From Lama glama (Eukaryota), in contig CM052816.1 of assembly GCA_028534125.1 (NCBI GenBank), positions 76,820,001-76,884,000 on the forward strand: 64,000 nt of DNA, read 5' to 3'. The notes under the pieces were generated by a model. That model had not been told where the DNA came from and did no database searches. It saw only the letters and a list, made by a program, of their open reading frames with translations. A program made the translations under genes and the position numbers. Every line of letters starts with the position of its first letter. Position 1 is the first letter of the stretch. Shown here in pieces: positions 12,329 to 23,057 of this stretch.

Positions 12329-13440
12329 CTTTTTTTCAGATTTGTTTTTTATTGAAGTATAGTTGATCTGCAATGTTAGTTTCAGGTGTACAGCAAAGCC
12401 ATTCAGTTATACATATACATACTTTTTTCAGATTATTTTCCATTGTATGTTATTACAAGGAACTGAATATATTTCCTTGTGCTGTACAGTAGATCCTTAT
12501 TGTTTATCTAGTTTATACACAGTAGTGCATATCTGTTAATCTCAAACTCCTAGTTTATCCCTCCCCTGCCCTTTCCCCTTTGGTAACCATAGTTCATTTT
12601 CTATGTCCATGAGCCTATTTTTGGTTTGTAAATAAGATTTGTATCATTTTTTTTAGATTCCAAGTGATATCAGTTTAATTATTTTTGCTTTTATTTCTAT
12701 TACTCTAGGGGCTGGTTCAAAAAAATATTGCTGCAATTTATGTCAAAAAGTGTTCTGCCAATGTTTTTCTCTAGGAGTTTTAGAGTATCTGGTCTTACAT
12801 GTAGATCTTTAATCCATTTTGAGTTTATTTCTTTATACGATGTTAGAGAGTGTTCTAATCTCATTCTTCATGATAGCCATCCAGTTTTCCCACCACCACT
12901 TACTAAAAGAGACTGTCTTTTATACATTTTATATTCTTCCCTCCTTTGTTGTAAATTAATTGACCAAAAATGCATCGGTTTACTTCTGGGCTTTCTATCC
13001 TGTTCCATTGATCTGTGTGTCTGTTTTTATGCAAGTACTGTACTGTTTTGATGACTGTAGCTTTGCAGTATAGTCTGAAGCCAGGGTGCATGAGTCCTCT
13101 AGCTCTGTTCTTCTTTCTCTAGATCGTTTTGGCTATTTGGAGTCTTTTGTGTTTCCATGTAAATTTGAAATTTTTTTTCTTCTAGTTCTGTGGAAAATGA
13201 CAATGGTAATTTGATAGGGATCACATTGAATCTGTAGATCGCCTTCTGTAGTACGGTCATTTTAACAATATTGATTCTTCCAATCCAAGAACACAGTGTA
13301 TCTTTCCATCTGTTTGTGTCATCTTCAGTTTCTTTCATCAGTGTCTTATAGTTTTCAGAGTACAGGTCTTTTGCTTCCTTAGGTAGATTCATTCCCAGGT
13401 ATTTTATTCTTTTTGATGTGATGGTAAATGGGACTGGTTC
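12329..13440 (-). mobile_element. 5'-truncated L1 with 3' UTR and degraded ORF2 segment
   Basis: Minus-strand ORFs [49 protein letters not shown] and [28 protein letters not shown] are L1 ORF2p. 3' UTR at 12329-12670. Confidence 0.93.
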
Positions 13441-13947
13441 TTCTGGTAATAAATTTTAAGCTGCACCCAGGTGAACAATCAACGCCATCCCTGGGCAGGG
13501 GTCAATGGAGGAACCAGAATGATGCTCCAGGTCCCTGAACTGACAATCAGATGACTCTAGGGGGCAGCTCTTTGCAGGAAAGAGACCTAATATCTACTGA
13601 AACACCCCACCCCCAGACCAAGACACAATTAGAGCACCATCAAAAAAAAGCAAGCAGAATTGTTTACCTGTCTTAGTTGTTTGTTCCCCTTTCCAGATTG
13701 CCTGCAATGCTGCAAAGTCAATCAGGATGTTCTGGTCAGAGTCCTACACCCACTATGTCTTGTCCTGGCTCCTTGCTCATCTCAGCAACTATGAGTAGAA
13801 TAAATGTTAACACATCACCTGCAATGATTAGGGATCCTCGGACAGACAGTAAATTACTAGGGTTTGGTAGGAAATTTTTTGGATGAGAATAGGAAACTTT
13901 AAAAGTTTTGTATGTGAGCTGAGAACTTAAACTCAAAATACTAACTA

Positions 13948-14015
13948 TAAAGGAAAGAAAGAAAGAAAGAGGGAGAGAGAGAGAGAGAAAGAAGGAAAGA
14001 AAGCAAGAAAGAAAG
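13948..14015. repeat. Purine-rich (GAAA/GA)n tract
   Basis: Direct reading. Confidence 0.9.
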
Positions 14016-17000
14016 TCATGACTCTGTGGTGTATTGGGGCAAAGACAGGACTTGGAATCAGAAAACCGGGGTTTAGACAGCCTTTCTACCATGTGCTTGA
14101 ACTCAGTTTACCTTTCTGTAATAGTGACACTTAACCAAGCTTTGGGAGGATCAAAAGAGATAGTATATGTGAAATTTTGTCTTTAAATGGGATTATCAAT
14201 TATAAAAATAGAATCAGTAGTTGGTGTAAATTACCAAACTCCAGAATTTTTTTGGCCAAATATATGGGTGTAACTAGGACAATATTGCGACCTCTTGTAT
14301 CCTGGAATAAGTGATCTTAGTAAAGCACAGACTGTAAACCAGGTAGGGGCAAAGGGCCACGTACTAGAACCGGCACATAAACAAGGAATCAGCAGCACCA
14401 TCAGGAGAGCAGGAAGGGATGCACGAATGAGTGGGCGAGTGAAAACCCAGGGCAGCTGAAGCCACCCAGCTCCTTGGGAAGATGAGGGCGCCTGGGGAAG
14501 GAGGGTGGCAAGGTGTTAAGAGCAGGATATACTCCAGGGAAAGCCTGAAATTGAGAACATCACAATTTTAATGAGAAAAGGTGCAGCCGACAGTGAAGAG
14601 CCCCATGAAGTCAAAGTGAGAGAAATTGCTCATTTCATGGCAGAGTCTTCTTGCTGTGACTTATAGGAGAGAAAATGTGAGGTAAGAAGTGAGAGATGAT
14701 TATATGACTTCACCCCAATTGTGAAATACTGAATACATTTTCTTCAAAGTTCCAAAGGAGAGACAATGACTAGGACTGGGTTGAGGGGGAGGATTCCACA
14801 GTCATATTTTGTAGAGCGGGGTTTCAAATACCACCCATCTGCATGTGTGGGATCTTCCAGGACCCTCCATTTCTAACGTCTAGTTTCTACTTTCCTCAAA
14901 TCACACTCTGGCTCCTTCTCTGACTAGTGGCCGCCCCGTGTCTTGCTGGGCTTGTTGCAATCTTCCTCTTCTAAGAGGTTCTTCTCACACAGAAGTTTTC
15001 ACATGCTGGGAAAGAAGTTTCTAGAAAACCCCACAGATGGCCTATCTCCTCACCCCCACCCGCTCCATGTAGACCATACACTTTCAGTTTCTAACTTCTC
15101 GTCAAGGGCAGAGAGGAACCAGGCTCGGTGTCAGTGTGTGTTTACGTGCATTGAGAGGGATGTGGAGGGAGGTTTAGGGGAAAAAGAGAGCAGAACCTCC
15201 TATTTCATTTTGGTTTTTTTTTCCCTATTTTATTTTGATGTCGAGGAGTAGCCTTCTCAGCCATCAAGGATATTTTATTGCAAATTCCACATGTTTTTAG
15301 AAAAATGACTTTTTCTTTGGCTTGTTTAAACTATTTTTGTATGAAAATAGAATAACCCTAAGAAATAGTAGATGAAAATAAGATCTCTTTGGGGTGACAG
15401 CATTAGAGGCACAAGAAAAATGAAAGGGCTTGCACTGTATTATGGTGTGTACATTAAGTATTATTCTGAGAGCTAAATAAGCATCAGGAAGATATCTGTG
15501 AAAACACTTCAATTATCTACAGGTTCATTAGACACAATGTAAGTTCCTCAGAGAACCCTGACTTGGTATATTTAGCTGATGCAGGCTAAGTGAAATACAT
15601 CCTCAGCAAATATAAGCTAAATTTGCTGTAAAAGCTCTATAAAATAGAATAACGAAAACGTATGTTTTTGTTCAGGACTGTTTGTTGTTCTGTGCTTTCT
15701 ACATCCTATCCCCACTTCCTTAGCATCAAGAAGTCAAACACTTACAGTAGAACAAATTTCAGAAACACATAGAAACTCATATGTAACTTCTCCATCCATT
15801 TACGGTCAAGCCATCAGAGGCCAATGCCAAAGTCAAAAGTATACTTGTGCAGGAGCTATCTGGTAGGATAACCAGGAAGAGGTTTGAAGGTTCTATTTCG
15901 TAGAATGGTGGTGATTTTCAAGCCTGGTCTTTAAAGACGAAGGGTACACCAAAGTCTAGCTGATCAGTTCACCTGGAGAGTTCAAGGTGACGGAGCACTT
16001 GGAGAGTGGGCCTTCGCTGTCTAAGCCTTCCCAGGTGCTCAGCTACCTTGCTTCCTCTCCTTGTTCACCCTGGAAGAGAGAACACAGTAGGAACCGAAAG
16101 AGCCCAGAGCAGCAGGTGCCTGAGATTCCAGAAGAGGGGACGGTGTGACACAGTGACATCTGCAGAGGTTTTTCTGCCCAGGCGCTCAGGCCAGCCTCCT
16201 GCGGGGAGAGGGTCACATTCACTTGTGTCGAGAGAAGCCATGCACCCACAGCTCCCAGAGAGGCCCCACTTGTGCTAGGTGCTTTCCTCTTACTACATCA
16301 TACCTTGCAACGTGAGGCTGGGCTTGTCTGCAGTTCCCTCTCCACCTTCACAAGTCACTGACAAAAATACAAGGGGTTGTCACAATCAGGGCCACTACCA
16401 CTGCTTCCGCTGCCCACTCCTTCAACCTATGCCTTTGCCTGGTCTGCAGCGGCCGGCTTCTGCCCTGAGAACTCAATTTGTGGTGAGAGGCACCTTCCCA
16501 CATCCTGTTGAAGAGGGGCCTGGTGCTCCCTCCAGCATCACAGGCTCAGCCAACTGGTATCCATCACAGCCCTTTTGTGATGAAGGAGACATTCTGTTAG
16601 AGAGCTCTTAAAAAAGAGATTCATGACTGGGATTCAGTGCTCTTTAAGAAGATAAGGAAATCCTTTCCCCAACTCTCAGTTCTATGATCAACCATGGAGA
16701 AATTCAAGTAGATTCAGCAGCTCAGCCAGTATGTTTAATAGTGATTGTGGAAAGAAACGTACCAGGCGTTACAGGAGTGTTATTTGGTGGCAGAGGGGTT
16801 CTGTTTTTGAAGAAGAAAAATAAAATGAAGTCCCTGCTTTTACATCTCCTTAAGGAAACAGAGTATGCACATTAAGTACATAAATTATGGTTCATTAAGT
16901 CCCTAAATATTTAGACAGCATTAAGGGGGTGAAAAAAGTTTTGTGCAGTTTCATCGTCTATAGTGGAACTTGCTCTCTACCACCTTGTGAAGTGCTGTCA

Positions 17001-17192
17001 CAAGTACTGTATTTTCAGCCAACTTCCATTGACTCTATCTTGACAAGCAAAAGCAATTAGGGTAGATTTATAATGTCATTTCTAACAATAAGGAGGTTTA
17101 AGAAAGTTTATTTTCTGATGAAAACAATTCCCTTTTCCCAGTTTACTGAGTATCGCAGATCAAGTCCCTTGAAAAGTTGAAGGCAACTTACC

Positions 17193-17194
<2 letters not shown>

Positions 17195-17228
<34 letters not shown>
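17195..17228. repeat. (TG)17 microsatellite
   Basis: Direct reading. Confidence 0.95.
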
Positions 17229-17230
<2 letters not shown>

Positions 17231-17872
17231 GGGAAGTTGGGGAGGCTTGGCTTGATCATGAGGAACACATCTGTTATTTTCTTTAATCCAGGCAGTATAA
17301 ATCAATGAGGCTGAATACTACTATTGCTCTATGAAAGTTTGAACTACTTGAGTCTATTCCGAATTTTCACAAGCCTGCTTTCTACATCCAGGATGGGAAA
17401 TATATCTGGGGTACAGAAGAACTTTCTATATTCTCAGTCTTTTTTTTTTTTTTGACACCTTCTGGTCAATCCTTGGCTGAGTGGATCCTAAATTTGAGCA
17501 ACACGAGCCATCACCCTGGCAGAAGCTGGGCTCCCCCCTGCAGCTAGCCACCCTCACCTGCCTCCTTCCCTCTTCCACCTGTGCTAGGCAGGACTCGGGC
17601 TGGCTTCCCAGGACAGTTTCCCATCACACATCCATCCCCTTGCAGCCCCATATTACTCCTGATGCTGCTCAACCTGAAGTTCTGTTCAGGGCATTGGTGG
17701 CCATGGTAGAAACTAATTTTGTTCTAGGAGAAGAACCAGCAATTCAGACCAAATAAGTTATGAGTAATGACATGTTACCTCAACACGGCAATAAAAAAAA
17801 AAAGAAAGAAAGAAAAACCTCCTCGTGGTAAAATTGACCAATGGTGAAAGAAAGAGAGAGAAAAAGAGAGAG

Positions 17873-18372
17873 NNNNNNNNNNNNNNNNNNNNNNNNNNNN
17901 NNNNNNNNNNNNNNNNNNNNNNNNNNNNNNNNNNNNNNNNNNNNNNNNNNNNNNNNNNNNNNNNNNNNNNNNNNNNNNNNNNNNNNNNNNNNNNNNNNNN
18001 NNNNNNNNNNNNNNNNNNNNNNNNNNNNNNNNNNNNNNNNNNNNNNNNNNNNNNNNNNNNNNNNNNNNNNNNNNNNNNNNNNNNNNNNNNNNNNNNNNNN
18101 NNNNNNNNNNNNNNNNNNNNNNNNNNNNNNNNNNNNNNNNNNNNNNNNNNNNNNNNNNNNNNNNNNNNNNNNNNNNNNNNNNNNNNNNNNNNNNNNNNNN
18201 NNNNNNNNNNNNNNNNNNNNNNNNNNNNNNNNNNNNNNNNNNNNNNNNNNNNNNNNNNNNNNNNNNNNNNNNNNNNNNNNNNNNNNNNNNNNNNNNNNNN
18301 NNNNNNNNNNNNNNNNNNNNNNNNNNNNNNNNNNNNNNNNNNNNNNNNNNNNNNNNNNNNNNNNNNNNNNNN
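17873..18372. other. Assembly gap (500 N)
   Basis: Exactly 500 N, preceded by a GA-rich repeat. The round size suggests a placeholder length. Confidence 0.99.
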
Positions 18373-18609
18373 TTAGTTACCCATAGTTCATGGGTGTTTT
18401 ATTTCTTTTGGGTTTTACAAATGAAACTTTACGAAGATGAGACTTTCAAAGACATGGAATTGTAAAAACAATCCAGTGATAGCCTTTTGTGTTATTTTAG
18501 TTTCTCTACGGTTATTTGTAGGTTTTAGAGTATATTTTATTCTAAAAAAATTTAAAAGAAGACTTTCTGGTAAGGTGTTTTCAATAATCCAGGAGCGAGA
18601 GGACTAGCT

Positions 18610-18800
18610 CAGGGTTTCTGAACCTCAGCACTGTTTGGACTGATAATCTTCACTGCAGAGGGTGGTTCTGGGCAGCGTGCTGTGTTTAGCAGCAGCCCTG
18701 GTCTCTCCCCACCAGTTGTCTGGAGCACTTTCTCAGTTAGCCGTTTCAATCAAAGATGTCTCCAGACGTTGCCAAAATTGCACCAATTTGAGACCCACTG
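18610..18800 (-). mobile_element. MER20 (hAT-Charlie)
   Basis: cagggtttctgaacctcagcact..tgtttagcagcagccctgg..gatgtctccagacgttgccaaa..ttgagacccactg. Confidence 0.8.
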
Positions 18801-19312
18801 GATTAACCTAATGTTGAAGATATATTTAAAAGCATGAGCACTATAAAAAATAAACCCAAAACCAAACAAAATCCAGTTACCAATTAGAGGGATAGGGTAT
18901 CATTAATTTTCCATATGAAAATATGTCAACCAACTAGCTGCCAAAGAAAACATCTTGATGTGTACAGTTTCTTGATGTCTGTCTTAAATGCCATTGCAGC
19001 CTTTGTTTAAGCATGTACTTGACTCATTGCCTTTATGTAAGTAGTTAAAAGCAAAAAAAAAAAAAAAGATTTTCTGGACTCAAGTTGTTACCTAAAAGCC
19101 CAGAAGATGTAGTTCAAGCATTTTTGCTCGCAGCTATCTTCTTAGAGCCTATGGAAAGCATGGTAAGTTTACACCAGTGAAGGCATATAATTCTGAGGAA
19201 GGGAAGACTACTTGGCTGCTAGAGGAAATTCATTTCTATCAAGAGCACTTCTACAGTTACGTCTGTGTAATTATAGAGCAGTGTATGGGAGGAGTTTGGG
19301 CTGAACATCGTA

Positions 19313-19821
19313 CAGATTTAAGATAGCTGAATTTAGGATTTTTTTAACTTTATAATGAATGGTGTGAAAGCAATATGCATTCAGCAGAAATTATACTTTG
19401 AATTTGGAATTTTGACCTTTTCCCCCCGGGCTACTGATGTGGGGACGACACTGTTGTGGTGCTAGGGGCGGCGGCAGCAGCAGCAGAATCACAGCTCCCC
19501 GTCAACCACTGGACCACGAGAGTAAACAGCCCACACACTTAACACCATTCTGTACCTCGCAACCATCCTGTTTTTCTTTCGGTACAGTGTTCTATAAATG
19601 ACATGACATATGCAACTCTTAGTTATAAAATAGGCTTTGTGTTAGATGATTTTGCCCAACTGTAGGCTAATGTAAATGATGTGAACATGCTTAAGGTAGG
19701 CGAGGCTAAGCTATGATGTTCAGTAGGTGACGTGTATTAAATGCATTTTCCACTTAGGATATTTTTCAACTTATGATGGGTTTATCGAGATTTAACCCTA
19801 TAATAAGTGGAGGAAGATCTG
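19313..19821 (-). mobile_element. TcMar-Tigger relic (MER47/Tigger5-like)
   Basis: aggctttgtgttagatgattttgcccaactgtaggctaatgtaa..gctaagctatgatgttc..aacttatgatgggtttatcg..gatctg; begins TA|CAG. Confidence 0.75.
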
Positions 19822-19829
19822 TGTAAATA

Positions 19830-20363
19830 TGTTACTGAATCCTAACTCATTCTGCTCACTGCTGGATAGCCCAATAAACCGGGAGATGAGGTGTTGGAGT
19901 AAGGAATAATAACTTTATTCGGAGAGCTGGCAGACCGAGAAGATGGCAGACTAATGTCCTGGAGAACCATCTTCCCCAAGTCAGAATTCAGGCTCCTTTA
20001 ATACTCAAAAGTGAAGGGATATGCTTGATTGTTGCAAATTTCTTGGTGTAGGAATTCTTTGTTCTTGGAATCCTTTGTTCTTACAGCTGTCCACCTGGGT
20101 CAGGTCATGGTGTCCCTGTAAACCTCCAACAAAACAAATGTTATTTCCTATTCTGCAACTTGTTATCTTTATATGAATGGAAAAGTTAATATCCTTAAAG
20201 GTGAGAGCCTTGAGAATAGGCTATCCTGTATATTTCAGGCTATAGGCAACATTCTATTGTAAAAGGTGCAGAACCACCAAGACTAAGCCTAGGAAACAGA
20301 GTATAGGGTTAAAGTCAAAAGAACAGATCTAATATGAAGCCAAACTTGTCCTTTTCTATTACA
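19830..20363 (-). mobile_element. ERV1-class solo LTR (artiodactyl family; MER41-like assignment uncertain)
   Basis: Termini TGTTAC...ATTACA, perfect 4-bp TSD AATA (19826-19829 / 20364-20367), 534 bp. TTTATT near 19914. Confidence 0.85.
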
Positions 20364-20745
20364 AATACATTAACAGATGGAAGTAATAGCGAATTCCTTC
20401 AAATGACTTTGGACAAGAAATTTCAAGCAATTTGAGATGAAAGAGTTTTACTTAAAATATCTTAAAATTCTGAGGTCTTCTAGATTATGAAGAATTCTCT
20501 TCTGAAGAATAAGCAGAAGCCCAATATTTAAATCTTTAAAAGTTAAAGAGGTCCCGCAAACTAATGTAAGGTGTTAATAACAGGAGAAGCTGGATGTAAA
20601 GTATGTGAGAACTCTCGGTACTGTCTTCCTCTCATTCTTCTATAAATCAAAAACTGTTCTAAAAAATAAAGAAATTAAGTCTAATTTTATAAAAGATTGT
20701 GCAAATAATTTGCACTGATATGGATTAAGTGTCAAGGGGAAAACA

Positions 20746-20865
20746 CAGAGCTAATAATGAAAATATTTAACAACCAGAATTGCACCGGCACCAAGCAATC
20801 CAATCCGAGTGGTTGCTGATGAGATATCCAGCTGTGCCGGTGAGCAGCAATGTAGTATCAGTTCA
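20746..20865 (-). mobile_element. MER105-like hAT relic
   Basis: aaatatttaacaacc..gatatccagctgtgccggt resembles reverse MER105. Confidence 0.55.
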
Positions 20866-21021
20866 AGAAAAAGGCAAGGTGCAAAGCAGGGGTTTCTGTT
20901 TGTGCAAAAAGTGGGAACAGAAAGGATGTGTGTGTATTTATTTATATATATTTGTATATGCACAGCTTAGAAATATACATAAGAAACTGATAACAGCGGT
21001 TGACTCTAGAGAGGAACTGGG

Positions 21022-21154
21022 TAAGTTCACCATGCGGTTTATTGTTTAAAGCAGGTCAATTGTGAAAGTAAAAGGGAGCATTGATAATAATTATTCCAGA
21101 ACAATAGGCACAAACTTGTACTGTACTGGTAAGTCAGGATATTTGATCCCCCTA
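21022..21154 (+). mobile_element. MER94 (hAT-Blackjack) MITE
   Basis: 133 bp, degenerate TIRs (taagttcacc/gatcccccta), internal gtgaaagtaaagggagcattgataataatta, perfect 8-bp TSD GAACTGGG at 21014-21021 and 21155-21162. Confidence 0.8.
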
Positions 21155-21819
21155 GAACTGGGGCACAAGGGTCTGGAGGGTCAGGGCTTAGAGCAGGCTT
21201 ACTTTTCTCTTCATCATACTATGCACTACTCTTACCCTCCTTTTACTAGGACAAAAAAAGAGCCCTAGAAAATGGAATAAGTAATTCAATCCACAATGAA
21301 ATTGGAATGGGAGAATGTCAAAAAATTTTAAGTCATTTTTGCCTTTCTATCATTACCATTAAGGAAGAAATCTAGATATTATTGTGAGGATGAAGGGCAG
21401 CTCTGGATGTTGAAATTTTAATCTAATAAGCTTATTAAGAGTGATAACCAAAAAACTATAAAGCTAAGCAGTCAGTATGAGAGATGAGACAGCTGTAGAG
21501 TCTGGGCTGTTGATTTGCCAGACATATTAGTAAGCCCAGGTGCTGTTACTGTTTCTTCAGCGTGTCCCGTGTAGGAAGCTGTGGCTCTTTCTTTCCCTCT
21601 TTCAACTCTCCGTTAAAAATTTCAGAGTGAGGGTAAACCAAATTCAAACAGAATAACTCTACTATGCTATCCAATGGTATATTTGTTTCAGTCACATTAA
21701 TTTAAAATTAGGACAAAATGTTAATGATTATAACTTCAGAATTTGGACACTTGTAGAAAATAATGTTATGTGACTAACGAATTAGGAAAAAAGAAAAAGA
21801 AAAACCATGATGGCAGACA

Positions 21820-22070
21820 ATCATTAGATGTAATTACATACACTTGTTGATCTAAGAACTCTACATGCATTAACTCATCTCATTCTAATTTAAAAACAAA
21901 ACCAGGTAAGAAATAGGTACTGTTAGTATTCTCCTTTTATAGATGAGAAAAGTGAGTCTCAGAGAGGTTAAGTAACTTGGAAGATCAGACAGCAAGTAAG
22001 TAGCAAAGTCAAGGTTTGAACCCAAATCAATACTTTCAGAGCCGGTGCTGTTAACCATGACGCTGTACTG
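21820..22070 (-). mobile_element. MIR
   Basis: ttttatagatgagaaaagtgagtctcagagaggttaagtaacttg..gtttgaaccca. Confidence 0.85.
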
Positions 22071-22389
22071 TCTCCTGGGTTTGGATTGGCATCTGAGATT
22101 TAAATCCTAATTCCAAATCAACCACTTCCATATTTTCTAAACTAAAATCAGGGTGTGCAGTTTGACAATGGGTTACTGTACTTCATGGGGTTTTCCCCCT
22201 GAAATTTAAGATGTGAAGTTGCCGTGACTAAATAAGATGTCACTTGCCTCCTTTGGTTTCTGTTTTCTCACCAGTGCAGTGAGAGATGGACTAGATGGTT
22301 TCTAAGGCTTCACTTGCTTTATGAAAATAGGAAATCTTCTCAGGTTCCAGGCATTCTTTAAAGGGTCTTTGATATTAATTTGTTTTGTC

Positions 22390-22540
22390 TTCCCAACAGC
22401 CCTATGACATGACTTTATTATTCCCATAATAGAGATGAGCAAACTGAGGCCCAGGGAGCTTATGTACCTTGCCCTACGTCAGACTCAAAACCAGACAGTC
22501 TGGCTTCCAAGTCTGTGTTCTTAACCACTCTGTTAGGCAG
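22390..22540 (-). mobile_element. MIR
   Basis: agagatgagcaaactgaggcccagggag..cttgccc..cagtctggcttcca. Confidence 0.75.
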
Positions 22541-22821
22541 CCTCTTATCATTCTGGACTAAATTGTAGATATGGAATATAAATTATAAAATATAAAGTGA
22601 GGACTAAAAGATTCTTCCCCAGAGATAGACTTTCTTCCAGGTGGGGAGCAAATTTTTGGAGTCCTCTGCAGCTATGATCTCCCTGGAGGCACAACCCTGG
22701 ACCCGTCTTCGCCTGTTCCCTCCACCAGCACCCAAACTCCCCTTGGTTCTGCTGTCTTCCCGCCTGGTACTTTTGGGGATTGCTTGAGGATTTGAGAAAA
22801 TCATGAGGATTAAAAAATGGT

Positions 22822-23057
22822 CGGGGGTGGGGGGAGGGATAAAAGGGGAGTTTGGGATTGGCAGATATAAACTACTATGTACAGAATAGAAAAACAACAA
22901 AGTCCTTCTGTACAGCACAGTGAACTATATTAAATATCTTATAATAACCTGTAATGAAAAAGGATATGAATAAGAATATATATATACATATATGTATAAC
23001 TGAATCACTATGCTATACACCAGAAATTAACACAACATTGTAAATTAACTATAATTT
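22822..23057 (+). mobile_element. Lineage L1 3' end
   Basis: gggagtttgggattggcagat..gtataactgaatcactatgctatacaccagaaattaacacaacattgtaaatt; TSD AAAATGGT (22814-22821 / 23058-23065). Confidence 0.88.

Noticed and set aside
12903..13392. Active reverse transcriptase gene
   Set aside because: Fragmented, frameshifted, 5'-truncated L1 ORF2.
17825..18386. ORFs of 181-183 aa
   Set aside because: Artefacts of translating the N gap.
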